This document shows, piece by piece, positions 1 through 11,145 of a stretch of 64,000 bases of DNA. This DNA comes from Nitrospirota bacterium. GTDB taxonomy: Bacteria; Nitrospirota; UBA9217. The position numbers were made by a program, and so were the translations under genes. Numbering within the stretch: position 1 is the first letter of the stretch; each line of letters opens with the position of its first letter. The DNA lies in the NCBI GenBank assembly GCA_963845065.1, contig CAWJQQ010000008.1, positions 32,001 to 96,000 on the forward strand, in the 5' to 3' direction. Under the pieces are notes generated by a model. That model was not told the DNA's origin. It was given only the letters and a program-made list of their open reading frames with translations, and did not search any database.

Positions 1-18
1 ATGTTAAATATGAACATT

Positions 19-531
19 ATGGCAAGCCGTGAAATACGAATCTACCCGGACCCAGTGCTCCGCAATAAAACGGACCGTGTTGAAAAAATAGACAGTTCTC
101 TCGACCGACTTATTGAAGATATGGTCGCGACCATGCACGCTGCGCCTGGGGTCGGTCTTGCCGCCAACCAGGTCGGTGTCGCGCTTCAGCTGGCGGTGAT
201 TGACCTGAGCTCGCGGGAAAACGAGGAACATCGTCACCCGCTGCTCATCATCATCAACCCCGAGATCCTCTCCATGGACGGATCAATCACCGAAGAGGAA
301 GGCTGTCTCAGTATCCCAGATTATGCCGAGAAGGTGAAGCGTGCTGCGCGGGTCAAGGTTCGCGCGCAGGACCGAATGGGAAAATTCTTCGAGGTTGAGG
401 CGGAAGGACTCCTCGCAAAGGCCCTTCAGCACGAAATCGATCATTTGAACGGCTTATTGTTCGTAGACCACCTGAGCCCTCTCAAGAAAAATATTTTCAA
501 GCGAAGGTACAAAAAGATGGCCGCGGAATAA
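19..531 (+). CDS. def: peptide deformylase
   Basis: GVGLAANQVG, EEEGCLS and QHEIDHLNG motifs; start at 19 or 1 is uncertain. Confidence 0.97.
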   Translation: MASREIRIYPDPVLRNKTDRVEKIDSSLDRLIEDMVATMHAAPGVGLAANQVGVALQLAVIDLSSRENEEHRHPLLIIINPEILSMDGSITEEEGCLSIPDYAEKVKRAARVKVRAQDRMGKFFEVEAEGLLAKALQHEIDHLNGLLFVDHLSPLKKNIFKRRYKKMAAE

Positions 532-583
532 GCGTAAGGTGCGGCAGTCATCGCACTCCCAGGGGAATAGAGGCAAAACACCG

Positions 584-1516
584 ATGAGAATCGTGTATAT
601 GGGAACGCCTCAGTTTGCCGTGAGTCCGCTCCGCGCTTTGGCTGCAGAAGGGTATGAGATTGCCGGCGTAGTCACACGGACCGATAAACCAGCAGGCAGG
701 GGACGGAGCCTTATGGCTCCACCGGTCAAGAGTGCGGCAGTGAAGATGGGACTTCCCGTTTACCAGCCGAAACGCGTTCGGGAAGCGGTGTTCATCGATC
801 AGCTGCAGTCGATCAGTCCCGAGGTTGTCATAGTTGCTGCCTATGGCCAAATTCTCCCCCGAGAGATCCTGACGCTGCCCAAGTTCGGATGCATCAATAT
901 CCATGCCTCGCTCCTTCCATCCTACCGCGGTGCTGCACCTATTAACTGGGCGATCATCAAGGGAGAAGAGGAAACAGGTATCACGATCATGCAGATGGAC
1001 GAAGGGATGGATACGGGAGCAATCTTGATGCAGGAAAGAATCGTAATCGATCCTGCGGACACGGCAGGATCGATAACAGAGAGGCTCTCGACTGTTGGTG
1101 CTAGGCTGATCACGGCCGCCCTGCCGCTTATTGTGGACGGCAGACTCTTGCCATTACCGCAAAATGGTTCACGGGCAACATTGGCGCCACTTCTCAAAAA
1201 AGAAGACGGACTCATCGATTGGAATATTCCTGCTTACGATATCCATAATCGCATTCGGGGCCTATCTCCCTGGCCGGGTGCCTACACTTTTTTGGATGGA
1301 AAGATAATTAAAATCATCGCGGCCGAGGCTGTGAGCGGCACGGGCGAACCCGGGCTGCTGTACGAAAAGGACAAACAAACCCTTGAGACCGGAACCGGCA
1401 AGGGGCTGCTCCGCATCGTGAGCATTCAGCCCGAGGGAAAGAGGCCCATGACTGCAGGCGATTTTCTGCGCGGCCATCGCGAGCTCGTCGGGAAGAAGTT
1501 TTCTGTTTCACGCTAA
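584..1516 (+). CDS. fmt: methionyl-tRNA formyltransferase
   Basis: MRIVYMGTPQFA start, INIHASLLPSYRGAAPI motif; follows def. Confidence 0.97.
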   Translation: MRIVYMGTPQFAVSPLRALAAEGYEIAGVVTRTDKPAGRGRSLMAPPVKSAAVKMGLPVYQPKRVREAVFIDQLQSISPEVVIVAAYGQILPREILTLPKFGCINIHASLLPSYRGAAPINWAIIKGEEETGITIMQMDEGMDTGAILMQERIVIDPADTAGSITERLSTVGARLITAALPLIVDGRLLPLPQNGSRATLAPLLKKEDGLIDWNIPAYDIHNRIRGLSPWPGAYTFLDGKIIKIIAAEAVSGTGEPGLLYEKDKQTLETGTGKGLLRIVSIQPEGKRPMTAGDFLRGHRELVGKKFSVSR

Positions 1517-1553
1517 AACATTTTCAGCTCCGAACATTGAGATGTATTAAACC

Positions 1554-2333
1554 ATGTATGAACCAAAAAAACGCATCTTCATCGGTCTTATTGTCTTTAC
1601 GGTATTCCTGCTTGCCGCAATCACGGTAGGGCTCTATCTGATCCCCTACGTAGGGCTCAGGAACATCCATCCCCTTGCACCGGAAGTCGTGTTCATCACG
1701 ATGGGAGGGGCGCTGGGTACCCTGATCCTCGGCGTGGCGCTGCTCATACTAACCCTTATCCGCAGTAAGGAAATTTTCTTCGCTGCGCGGCTACGGGGGA
1801 TCGTGATCGAGGTACTCTTCCCGATCATGATCGTGGTAGGCAAGCTCCTGGGTATTTCGAAGGAAAAGATCCAGCAGTCCTTCGTGGAAGTGAACAACCT
1901 CTTGGTCATGGCCAAATGCAACGACAACAAGCCCCAGCGCATCCTGCTGCTTATGCCGCATTGTCTTCAGTTCAACGATTGTGCGATCAAGATCACGACC
2001 GACGCCAACAAATGTCAGGCTTGCGGTAAGTGTAAGATCAAAGACCTGGTCCTGCTCGCCAAGAAACATGACGTGCACCTTTCAGTTGCAACAGGCGGAA
2101 CGCTTGCGCGAAGACGGGTGGCGGAGGCAAAGCCCCAGGTGATAATTGCTGTGGCGTGCGAACGTGATTTGACCAGCGGTATTCAGGACGCCTACCCGCT
2201 CCCTGTAATCGGGATCCTGAACGAACGTCCTTTCGGGCCGTGCTTCAATACGAGCGTGGATATTTCCAAAGTTGCAGAAGCGCTCGAATTCCTTGCAAGC
2301 GGCCGCAAAGAACTTTGTGAGAGCAAGAGATAA
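1554..2333 (+). CDS. DUF116 family membrane protein
   Basis: N-terminal TM helices, LLLMPHCLQ, CQACGKC, ATGGT and AVACERDL motifs; sits between fmt and rsmB. Confidence 0.85.
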   Translation: MYEPKKRIFIGLIVFTVFLLAAITVGLYLIPYVGLRNIHPLAPEVVFITMGGALGTLILGVALLILTLIRSKEIFFAARLRGIVIEVLFPIMIVVGKLLGISKEKIQQSFVEVNNLLVMAKCNDNKPQRILLLMPHCLQFNDCAIKITTDANKCQACGKCKIKDLVLLAKKHDVHLSVATGGTLARRRVAEAKPQVIIAVACERDLTSGIQDAYPLPVIGILNERPFGPCFNTSVDISKVAEALEFLASGRKELCESKR

Positions 2334-3648
2334 ACCGAGAGAACAAGCACTTGTGATCCTTCGGAAGGTCGAGGACGGAGTGTTCGTTGACATGCTGCTC
2401 GACAAGGCGCGTGAATCGTTTGATGAGCGTGACAGCGCCTTTCTCCTGGTACTGGTATATGGAACACTTAGGAACCGGGCGAGGCTGGACTGGGTATTGA
2501 ACCAGTTCTCGGCGCAGCCGGTCGAGAAGACCGATGCCTGGACTCGGAATATCCTGAGGTTCGGCGCATACCAGATGTTGTTTCTCGATCGAGTTCCCAC
2601 GAGCGCAGCGGTCAATACGTCCACCGAGCTAGCAAAAATATATGGAAAAAAGCAGGGCTATGTAAACGGGCTACTCAGGAACCTGGATCGGATGAGGAGC
2701 TCGATTACTGAGCCCGGTTTCAACGACTTGTCAAAAAGGTTCGCTACTGTCTACTCCCATCCTGAGTGGGTTGTACGGCGCTGGTTGAATCGGTTCGGCG
2801 CGGAACAGGCCGAAATGTTGCTGAGCGGGAACAACCGAAACGCGCCGCTCGTCATTAGAACGAATACCCTCAAGACGACAAGGGATATGCTTATAGCGAC
2901 GCTCGCTGATCAAGGTGTCGATGCCGTTGCAACAGGCTTTTCTGAAACGGGGCTTGAGATCATCTCATCCCCGACCATCCGCACGCTTGAGGCCTATCAG
3001 CAGGGACTATTCATAGTGCAAGATCAGGCTGCTCAGCTGGTCAGCCTGATGCTTTCTCCGAAACCAGGCGAAACTGTCTTGGACGCATGCGCGGCGCCCG
3101 GGGGCAAAACAACGCATCTTGCCGAACTAATGCAAAATTGCGGTATGATCGTTGCGCTCGATCAGGATGCAACTCGGATGATTAGGATCGACGAGAACAG
3201 CCGTCGGCTTGGCTGTAAGATCGTGTTACCTGCGATAGGAGATGCGGCGCTGTATCAACAGGGTAGGTACGATAAAATTTTAATCGATGCACCGTGCTCC
3301 GGGCTCGGTGTGCTCCGGCGGCACCCGGATGGAAGGTGGAATAAGAGTGAGCGAACGATTCGGGACCGTTCGGCAGTACAGCGTCTTATTATTGAAAATT
3401 GTGCACAACTTCTTCATCCGGGAGGCGTCCTCGTCTACGCCACGTGTACAACAGAGCCAGAAGAAAATGAAGATATTATTTCTTCCTTTCTTTCCCTGGA
3501 AGGGAAATCGTTCGTCATCGATGATCCCAGTCCCTATTTACCAAAAGCCGCAAAAGGGTTGGTGGATGATCACGGGTTCCTCCATACCTACCCGAAGGCC
3601 TCCACGATGGATGGGTTCTGTGCTGTCAGAATGATGAAAAAAACTTAG
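2317..3648 (+). CDS. rsmB: 16S rRNA m5C967 methyltransferase RsmB/Sun
   Basis: NusB-like N-terminus, VQDQAAQ, DACAAPGGKT, DAPCSGLG and YATCT motifs; GTG start inferred. Confidence 0.93.
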   Translation: MRARDKPREQALVILRKVEDGVFVDMLLDKARESFDERDSAFLLVLVYGTLRNRARLDWVLNQFSAQPVEKTDAWTRNILRFGAYQMLFLDRVPTSAAVNTSTELAKIYGKKQGYVNGLLRNLDRMRSSITEPGFNDLSKRFATVYSHPEWVVRRWLNRFGAEQAEMLLSGNNRNAPLVIRTNTLKTTRDMLIATLADQGVDAVATGFSETGLEIISSPTIRTLEAYQQGLFIVQDQAAQLVSLMLSPKPGETVLDACAAPGGKTTHLAELMQNCGMIVALDQDATRMIRIDENSRRLGCKIVLPAIGDAALYQQGRYDKILIDAPCSGLGVLRRHPDGRWNKSERTIRDRSAVQRLIIENCAQLLHPGGVLVYATCTTEPEENEDIISSFLSLEGKSFVIDDPSPYLPKAAKGLVDDHGFLHTYPKASTMDGFCAVRMMKKT

Positions 3649-3766
3649 GGTCAACGGCTGCAGATTGAAAAGCAAGAGATTGAATGCCCCTGTCGCAGGA
3701 TTCTCCCGCTTGGTGTTTAGAAGTTCTTGCATCCTACCTGCAGTATGGTACTATATAGGCTCTCAC

Positions 3767-4483
3767 ATGAAGCGGTTTTTGAAAGGACTTGGTATATTTA
3801 TAACCCTCATCGGTGTCGGCATCGCAAGCGCCTTCGCCGTCGTGGCGTTGCTCATGCATCAGGAAGAGGTGCGCGTGCCGGACCTTACAGGCCAGGACAT
3901 CGTGTCCGTGATCGAGACCGTCGCGCAACAAGGTTTGCAACTTAAGGTTGACCGTCGTGAACCCAATCCCACGCTGCCACGGGATGTTGTCGTGTCCCAA
4001 TCGCCTGCGCCGGGGAGTGGGATAAAAAAGGGTCGGCAGGTTCATGTCATCGTGAGCCAGGGGCCGAGCGACCTACTTGCGCCGAAAGTTGTGGGAGAAC
4101 ATTTTCGTAAGGCCGATATCATGGTAAGGCAGTCCGGCTTCATTCCCGGGGACATCTCACGTGTCTATTCGGACTCCGTGGACCGGGGCCTGATAATAGC
4201 GCAGTACCCGCAGTTCGGGAGTCCGATCGAGAAGGGTGGTACGATCTGCATGCTGGTGAGTTCCGGCAAAAAAATCGATCTTCTCGTAATGCCGAAGCTT
4301 GTGGGGAAAAAAGCCGAGGAGGCACTCAGGATCGTCGATCGGCTGGAATTGCAGCATCGGGTTATTACCCGGGCCTTTAGTGACCGGCATTCGGGAACAG
4401 ATGGAATCGTCATCAGCCAGAAGCCCGGAGCAGGGTATCCTGTTTCTGCCGATGCCACGGTAGATATCGTGGTAAACAAATGA
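3767..4483 (+). CDS. PASTA-domain membrane protein
   Basis: N-terminal TM helix plus three PASTA-like repeats (VPDLTG, PKVVG, MPKLVG). Confidence 0.85.
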   Translation: MKRFLKGLGIFITLIGVGIASAFAVVALLMHQEEVRVPDLTGQDIVSVIETVAQQGLQLKVDRREPNPTLPRDVVVSQSPAPGSGIKKGRQVHVIVSQGPSDLLAPKVVGEHFRKADIMVRQSGFIPGDISRVYSDSVDRGLIIAQYPQFGSPIEKGGTICMLVSSGKKIDLLVMPKLVGKKAEEALRIVDRLELQHRVITRAFSDRHSGTDGIVISQKPGAGYPVSADATVDIVVNK

Positions 4484-4658
4484 AATTGCAAGCTGAAGAG
4501 TATCCACTAAGACACCATTGCTGTTGCCGCAACGCGTGTGTAGACAAGAACAGGGGAGCGGATAACAGCAGCATTTCTCTGAAGACCCATTAAGCCAATC
4601 TGTGTGCAACCGATTCTCTGTTATTAAGCCTTATTTGTATTCGGCAGGTGGAAAAGTT

Positions 4659-5318
4659 ATGACAAGAAAAATTAAGGTGGCCCCCTCGATTCTCTCTGCA
4701 GATTTTTCCCGTCTTGGGGAGGAGATCAGGGCTGTGGAGTTAGCAGGCGCGGACATAATCCACGTCGATGTAATGGACGGCCACTTCGTGCCGAACATTA
4801 CCATCGGTCCGTTGATTGTGGAGGCCGCCCGCAGATCCACCAAGTTGCCGCTTGATGTGCACCTCATGATTTCCAACCCAGAACTGTTTATTTCTGATTT
4901 TGCCAAGGCGGGGGCTGATTATATTACCGTGCATGTCGAAACCGCGTACCACCTGAACAGGCTCGTGCAGTCCATCAAGGAACACTCCGGCGTGAAGGCC
5001 TCCGTATCGCTCAATCCGGCGACTCCACTCTCCAGTCTGGACTATATCCTGGCTGACGTCGATATGGTTCTGATTATGTCCGTCAACCCCGGCTTCGGTG
5101 GGCAGGCTTTCATCCCTTCGGCGTTGGACAAGATTGCCAAGCTCAGGAAGCGGATCGACGACCTCGGTCTTTCTGTCGAGATAGAAGTGGACGGCGGCGT
5201 GAAGCCAGAAAACGTGGCAGCCATCATCAATGCCGGCGCTGACATCCTTGTCGCCGGCTCTGCTATATTCAGCAAAAAAGACTACGGCGCCGTTATCAGG
5301 GGACTCAGGGGAAATTAG
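4659..5318 (+). CDS. rpe: ribulose-phosphate 3-epimerase
   Basis: [31 protein letters not shown] and EVDGG motifs. Confidence 0.97.
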   Translation: MTRKIKVAPSILSADFSRLGEEIRAVELAGADIIHVDVMDGHFVPNITIGPLIVEAARRSTKLPLDVHLMISNPELFISDFAKAGADYITVHVETAYHLNRLVQSIKEHSGVKASVSLNPATPLSSLDYILADVDMVLIMSVNPGFGGQAFIPSALDKIAKLRKRIDDLGLSVEIEVDGGVKPENVAAIINAGADILVAGSAIFSKKDYGAVIRGLRGN

Positions 5319-5377
5319 GGAATTAGTATGGTGCACATCGGGTTTTTACAATGATCTGATATTGGCAGGAGGCCGCA

Positions 5378-7165
5378 TTGACCATCAAAAGGCAGTCAAT
5401 AAAAATACCATTCGATCTTAAGAATGTTTCTGAGCCGGTGCTCTACCGCGAAGTGTTTCCCTATACGAGTGTTCCCCGGGTCGTCTTCGAGGACAGACTG
5501 ATCCAGACCAACATCCCAAAGGACATCTGGATTACGGACACGACGTTCCGCGATGGACAACAGTCCCGGCCACCGTATACTCCCAAGCAGATCGTGGATA
5601 TTTTTGATTTCCTGCACCGGATGAGCGGTCCGAACGGTGTGATCCGCCAGACCGAGTTTTTCCTTTATTCGGAAAAGGACCGCGAGGCATTGCGGCTCTG
5701 CAGGGAGCGCGGTTACCGGTATCCCGAAATTACGGGCTGGATCCGGGCTAACAAGAACGACTTCAAACTCGTCAAAGAGGTGGGACTCAAGGAAACAGGC
5801 ATCCTCACCTCCTGCTCGGACTACCACATCTTCCTGAAACTCAACCTGTCCCGGCAAGAGGCGCTGAGAGCGTATCTCGAAATCGTTATAACAGCTCTTG
5901 ATCAGGGCATCATTCCGCGTTGCCATCTCGAAGATATTACGCGGGCGGACTTCTACGGTTTCGTCATCCCCTTTGCTCAGGAGCTTATGAGGCTGTCGGA
6001 ATCGTCGAAGGTTCCGATCAAGATCAGGGCTTGCGATACCATGGGCTATGGCTTCCCCTTCCCCGGGACGGCGCTACCTCGCGGAGTTCCAGAAATTTTC
6101 TACGCCCTCATCCACGACGGCGGTGTACCATCGGAGCAGCTTGAGTGGCACGGCCATAATGATTTTCACAAAGGGCTCATCAACGGCGTCGCTGCATGGA
6201 TGTACGGCTGCGCGTCGGTGAACGGCGCTCTTCTCGGGTTCGGCGAGCGCACGGGCAATACACCCGTCGAGGCCATGCTTATCGATTACATCAGTCTCAC
6301 CGGGAACGATGGTGGGATTGACACCGCTGCAATTACAGAGATGTCGGAATATTTCAGGAGTGAATTAAATTTCCCGATCCCCGCCAATTATCCCTTCGTA
6401 GGCGCGGAGTTCAACTCAACGAGTGCAGGTATCCATGCCGACGGCATGATGAAGAACGAAGAGATATACAATATCTTCGACACGTCTAAGATATTGAAGC
6501 GTCCCATGGGAGTCATCATCACGGACAAGTCGGGGATAGCAGGTATAGCCCACTGGGTGAACAGCCATTTGCACCTCGACTCGGACAAGAAGATCGACAA
6601 GCGGCACCCGGGCCTTGCCAAGATGAACAAGTGGGTGTTGGAGATTTACGAGCAAGGCAGGACCACGAGCATCTCCCATGAAGAATTGCTTGAAAAAGCA
6701 AAGAAGTATCTGCCCGAGTATTTTACCTCCGACCTCGATAAACTGAAGAAAAAGGCGCAGGAAATATCGCTTCACCTTGTAGAAGGGATGGTGGAGAGCA
6801 ACCAGATGCGCTCCATGAACAATGCGAAGCAGGAAACGGTCATGCAAAAACTTCTGGTCGAGAATCCATTCATCCAATTTGCCTATGTGGTGAATGGAGA
6901 TGGTAAGAAGACTACGAAGAATATTACCCAGATCCAGTACAAGGCCCAGTTCGAGCACTCGGGTCTCGGCGACAACTTCTCAGACCGTCCCTGGTTTATC
7001 AATCCCATAGCGGATGGCAAGAGTTTTGTGTCCGATTTTTATACGTCGAAGATTACTGGCGCGCTCTGCATCACTGTGTCTGCGCCTATAAGCTCGGAAA
7101 CGGGCGGCGTAGTCGGGGTGTTCGGCGTGGATATCAGATTCGAGGACCTCGTCAGAGCGGAATAA
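5378..7165 (+). CDS. DRE-TIM (HMGL-like) acyl-CoA condensing enzyme, Re-citrate-synthase-like, with C-terminal Cache/PDC-like domain
   Basis: DTTFRDGQQ, HGHNDF, GERTGN and AGIHADG motifs; C-terminus FSDRPWF...YTSKITGALCITVSAPI...GVFGVDI. Confidence 0.75.
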   Translation: MTIKRQSIKIPFDLKNVSEPVLYREVFPYTSVPRVVFEDRLIQTNIPKDIWITDTTFRDGQQSRPPYTPKQIVDIFDFLHRMSGPNGVIRQTEFFLYSEKDREALRLCRERGYRYPEITGWIRANKNDFKLVKEVGLKETGILTSCSDYHIFLKLNLSRQEALRAYLEIVITALDQGIIPRCHLEDITRADFYGFVIPFAQELMRLSESSKVPIKIRACDTMGYGFPFPGTALPRGVPEIFYALIHDGGVPSEQLEWHGHNDFHKGLINGVAAWMYGCASVNGALLGFGERTGNTPVEAMLIDYISLTGNDGGIDTAAITEMSEYFRSELNFPIPANYPFVGAEFNSTSAGIHADGMMKNEEIYNIFDTSKILKRPMGVIITDKSGIAGIAHWVNSHLHLDSDKKIDKRHPGLAKMNKWVLEIYEQGRTTSISHEELLEKAKKYLPEYFTSDLDKLKKKAQEISLHLVEGMVESNQMRSMNNAKQETVMQKLLVENPFIQFAYVVNGDGKKTTKNITQIQYKAQFEHSGLGDNFSDRPWFINPIADGKSFVSDFYTSKITGALCITVSAPISSETGGVVGVFGVDIRFEDLVRAE

Positions 7166-7384
7166 TTAGTCACTCAGGGGCGAGTGTGCTCAATGCTGAC
7201 CGCTTGTCTAATCCTTTTTCATTATTTCTTTCTCAATTCTTTCCTCCCGTGTACTCATCGCACCAAAAGCTAAACACAATACAGGTATTTAGCAGGATCG
7301 CTGCTTTATCCTGCACTTACGTGAATGAATCAGGCATATGTGCTAATGTTGAAGGCGGGACGGAACTCTGCTCCGTGGAGACGG

Positions 7385-7465
7385 CTCGGACTTGCCTTGG
7401 TTTATGGCATCACCAAACAGCACGAAGGCCTCATCCACGTCTAAAGCGAAGAAGGTAAAGGCACG
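7385..7465 (+). pseudogene. fragment of a histidine kinase HATPase_c C-terminus
   Basis: Own translation gives LGLALVYGITKQHEGLIHV*SEEGKGT (G2-box region with an internal stop); no upstream gene body. Confidence 0.65.
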
Positions 7466-7743
7466 AAAAAGGCCTCAATTTCATCCTGGAATCTGCTCCC
7501 ATGAATGATCTTCTGAGAAAGATGAGGAGCATCCTCGATAGTTGAAGTATTCATTGGCGGCGGCCTGACCAGCCGACTTTTCTCCACAATAATCTAGATA
7601 ATTTCTATTATGGTATGATTTGTCCCAGGTGGTTTTTCCCGCGTGCATGGTGATGTTCTGATGATACAATTACGTTCCTTTCGTTCCTGCGAAGCAATTT
7701 TATTTGCTTTGCCCTGCGAATGCAAGAATAGTATAATCCCCTC

Positions 7744-9501
7744 ATGTTACGAAAGCTGAGAGAAAAAAACGAAGCGCTGCTTGCCGCGGAGCGCGGGACC
7801 GTGTATAAAGTGCAGGGTGCGGAGGTATCTGTGGCACTCGCGTACCCGAACGTTTACCACGTCGGCATGTCAAACCTCGGCATGCATCAGATATACTCCA
7901 TTCTGAACAACCGGGCGGACACGGTATGCGAGAGGGTTTTCTTGCCCGAAGAAGAAGATATCAAAGACTATGTCGAAACAGGTACGCGCCTGTTCAGCAT
8001 GGAAAGTATGAGTCAGGTAAAAGAGTTCGATATACTGGCATTTTCGGTTTCCTTTGAGCAGGATTATCTCAACATTTTGGAAATACTTCGGCTTTCCAAC
8101 ATACCTCTGAATAAGGAAGAGAGATCTAATGACGATCCGCTCGTGATACTCGGAGGAATTTGCTCATTCTTCAATCCGGAGCCACTGGCAGACTTTATTG
8201 ATTGCATTCTTATCGGCGAAGGAGAAGAAGTTGCAGGCGAGTTCATTGACATCTATAAGGCAAACCGCGCGCAAGGCAAACAAAGACTTCTCAGAGTTTT
8301 ATGCGGGGTTCCCGGCGTGTACGTGCCAGAGTTTTATCATGTCCTCTATAAGGAGGATGGAACGATCAAAGAAAGGAAGAACCTTGATCAATCGGCCCCG
8401 CAGCATATCGTCAAACGGAGTGTCAGGGATTTCAACAGATCGTCTGCCTCGACCGTAATTTTCACGCCCCAAACCGAGTTCAGCAGCATGTATCTTTCGG
8501 AGATTACCCGGGGATGCGGCAGGCACTGCCGGTTCTGTATGGCAGGATACATCTATCTCCCGCCTCGCAATCTCAGCATTGAACAGGCGCAAGCGCAGGC
8601 GAAGAAAGCCAACGCACTATGCAACAAGATTGGTCTCGTAGGCGCCGCGATATCGGATTATCCCGACATCGGTGCACTGTGTTCTGTGATAACCGGAGAT
8701 GTATCGGTTTCATCGCTCCGGGCTGACTCAATAAGCGAAGCACTGATCGACCGGCTGGCAAAGAGCGGGCAGAAAACCATCGCAATCGCGCCTGAGGCAG
8801 GCTCCGAGAGGCTCCGGAATGTCATTAATAAAGGAATCACGGAAGACGACCTTCTTCGAGCCGCAGGCATGGTATTCGGGGGCGGTATTCTCAATCTCAA
8901 GCTCTACTTCATCATCGGACTGCCCACGGAGACGCAGGAAGACGTGGATGCCATCGTTGCGCTTGCCGAGAAAATACGCGAGATCCAGCTTAGGCACGCC
9001 AGGTCCCAGGGCAGGATCGGCCGAGTCACGCTTTCCGTGAACTCCTTTGTGCCGAAACCATTCACACCCTTCCAGTGGGAACCGATGGAAGCAATAGAGA
9101 GCCTGAATAGGAAGCAGCGGAATCTGGAGAAAGCTGTCAGGAAAATTAGCAATATGAATATTATTCATGACTTGCCGAAATGGGAGTATATTCAAGCATT
9201 GCTTTCGCGAGGAGACCGGCGTCTCGGTGCGCTTATCAGGCATGCTCATGCGCAAGGTGGAGATTGGAGGAAGGCAGCGAAGGAAATCGACATGACGATG
9301 GATTTTTATGTCTCCCGCAAGCGTGAATTCAACGAAGCCCTTCCCTGGGATTTTATTGACATCGGAGTGAGAAAAGAATATCTTAGAAATGAATATGAAC
9401 GCGCGCTCGAAGGCAAGTTTACGCCACCCTGCAGAGTCGGTTTCTGTAAAACCTGCGGCGTCTGTAAGTTGGAAGAGACCAGAGAAGGCGCGGATTTATA
9501 G
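7744..9501 (+). CDS. radical SAM protein (B12-binding-like N-terminus, TIGR03960-like)
   Basis: RGCGRHCRFC motif, YPNVYHVGMSNLG, APEAGSERLR and C-terminal CxxCGVC. Confidence 0.85.
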   Translation: MLRKLREKNEALLAAERGTVYKVQGAEVSVALAYPNVYHVGMSNLGMHQIYSILNNRADTVCERVFLPEEEDIKDYVETGTRLFSMESMSQVKEFDILAFSVSFEQDYLNILEILRLSNIPLNKEERSNDDPLVILGGICSFFNPEPLADFIDCILIGEGEEVAGEFIDIYKANRAQGKQRLLRVLCGVPGVYVPEFYHVLYKEDGTIKERKNLDQSAPQHIVKRSVRDFNRSSASTVIFTPQTEFSSMYLSEITRGCGRHCRFCMAGYIYLPPRNLSIEQAQAQAKKANALCNKIGLVGAAISDYPDIGALCSVITGDVSVSSLRADSISEALIDRLAKSGQKTIAIAPEAGSERLRNVINKGITEDDLLRAAGMVFGGGILNLKLYFIIGLPTETQEDVDAIVALAEKIREIQLRHARSQGRIGRVTLSVNSFVPKPFTPFQWEPMEAIESLNRKQRNLEKAVRKISNMNIIHDLPKWEYIQALLSRGDRRLGALIRHAHAQGGDWRKAAKEIDMTMDFYVSRKREFNEALPWDFIDIGVRKEYLRNEYERALEGKFTPPCRVGFCKTCGVCKLEETREGADL

Positions 9502-9503
9502 GT

Positions 9504-10295
9504 ATGAAAACTGATAATAAGCAATTATTCGAGACAATAACGACAAAGGATATTCGCTATCTGAGAATTCCTGCTTTCGAACGGACAGGCAGGATTCTTC
9601 ACGCAATTACTACGAGGTATAATAATCTCGGCGAGCGAAATGGCGGGATCAAGACGGCTAGCGACTGGTGCACCGTTGCAGATGCCTTCGGAATGAGTCC
9701 GGAGAGGCTCATAACCGTTAATCAGGTTCACGGGGAAATAATTGCACGGGTCGATGCTCAGGGATGGATAAACGGCACGATCAAGCCGAGGACAGTCGAG
9801 GCCGATGCCATAATCACCAATGCGCCGGGGATCGCGATCTGCATCGAGACTGCCGACTGCGTTCCGGTGCTTCTGTTTGATCCCGGGATACCTGCTGTCG
9901 CCGCAATTCATGCAGGCTGGCGGAGTTCAGTCAGGAAAATCGTCGATAAGACTGTGGCCAGAATGAACATAGAATTCGGATCCTGCCCCAAGCGCATACT
10001 TGCGGTAATCGGTCCGGCAATCGGGCCAGAATGTTACGAGGTTGATGAGCCTGTAATGGGGCCGGTACGTGAAGCCTTTTCGCACTGGGAGGAGATCGCA
10101 ATACCTCGCGGCAAAGGCCGGTGGGGCCTTGACTTGGTGAAAGCGAATACGCGAGAGCTGCTGAAGATTGGTCTTTTGGAAGAGAATGTCCATACTTTAG
10201 GACTCTGCACATCGTGCCGTAAAGATTTGTTCTATTCTTTTCGTACTGAGGGCAGGACAGGCAGGATGCTTTCGATGATCATGATCAGAGCCTGA
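9504..10295 (+). CDS. pgeF: peptidoglycan editing factor / purine nucleoside phosphorylase PgeF (YfiH)
   Basis: NQVHG, TADCVPVL, HAGWR, IGPAIGPECYEV and FYSFR motifs. Confidence 0.92.
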   Translation: MKTDNKQLFETITTKDIRYLRIPAFERTGRILHAITTRYNNLGERNGGIKTASDWCTVADAFGMSPERLITVNQVHGEIIARVDAQGWINGTIKPRTVEADAIITNAPGIAICIETADCVPVLLFDPGIPAVAAIHAGWRSSVRKIVDKTVARMNIEFGSCPKRILAVIGPAIGPECYEVDEPVMGPVREAFSHWEEIAIPRGKGRWGLDLVKANTRELLKIGLLEENVHTLGLCTSCRKDLFYSFRTEGRTGRMLSMIMIRA

Positions 10296-10390
10296 ATGAT
10301 TGACACAAAAGGAAACAGAGATAACCTAAAAATGCTTGATTTAACCATAGGCTGATCAGTGTAAGTCAGTGCGAAGTTTTTTTGTTTTAT

Positions 10391-11077
10391 ATGCCGATCG
10401 CGGACAATTTTAATGCAATAATGAGTAGGATCGCTGCTGCAGCAAAGCGTTCGGGGCGCGAGCCTTCTTCGGTTAAGCTGATTGTGGTAACCAAGACTGT
10501 AGACGTCGAAAGAATCCAGAAGGCCGTTTCTGCTGGTGCAACTATCCTCGGCGAGAACCGTGTGCAGGAAGCGAAAGAGAAAATTGAGAAACTCGGCCCA
10601 GTAGCCCAGTGGCACTTGATCGGCCGCCTTCAAACTAACAAGGCTAAGTACGCAGTAAAACTTTTTAATTTGATTCATTCGGTAGACAGCTTAGAGCTTG
10701 CGCACGAACTTGACAAACAAGCGGTGAAATTTGGCAAAATTCAAGATGTCTTGATAGAGGTGAGCATCGCGGGAGAGGTGAGGAAGGCTGGAGTTGCAAT
10801 GCAAGATGTAGTAGCCTTTGTTCGAGAAGCGGCGATGCTTAAAAATATTTCGATCAAAGGTCTCATGACCATTCCACCTCTTCTGGACGATCCCGAAGCT
10901 GTGCGGCCTTATTTCCGGATGCTGAGAGAATTGGCAGTGAACATTGCAAAAGAAAATATTCCTCGCCTGTCTATGCAGGAATTCTCAATGGGTATGAGCG
11001 GAGATTTTGAGGTGGCCATTGAAGAGGGCGCAACTATGGTGCGGGTGGGCACGGCAATTTTTGGTGGTAGAATATAG
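10391..11077 (+). CDS. yggS: PLP homeostasis protein YggS
   Basis: VVTKT, GENRVQE, WHLIGRLQTNK and SMGMSGDFEVAIEEGATMVRVGTAIFG motifs. Confidence 0.96.
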   Translation: MPIADNFNAIMSRIAAAAKRSGREPSSVKLIVVTKTVDVERIQKAVSAGATILGENRVQEAKEKIEKLGPVAQWHLIGRLQTNKAKYAVKLFNLIHSVDSLELAHELDKQAVKFGKIQDVLIEVSIAGEVRKAGVAMQDVVAFVREAAMLKNISIKGLMTIPPLLDDPEAVRPYFRMLRELAVNIAKENIPRLSMQEFSMGMSGDFEVAIEEGATMVRVGTAIFGGRI

Positions 11078-11145
11078 CGTTTCGGAATGCAAACTGCGGA
11101 TTGCTAAGTGAAATAGGTAACGTCGAGGTATATGGTGGGAGGGCT

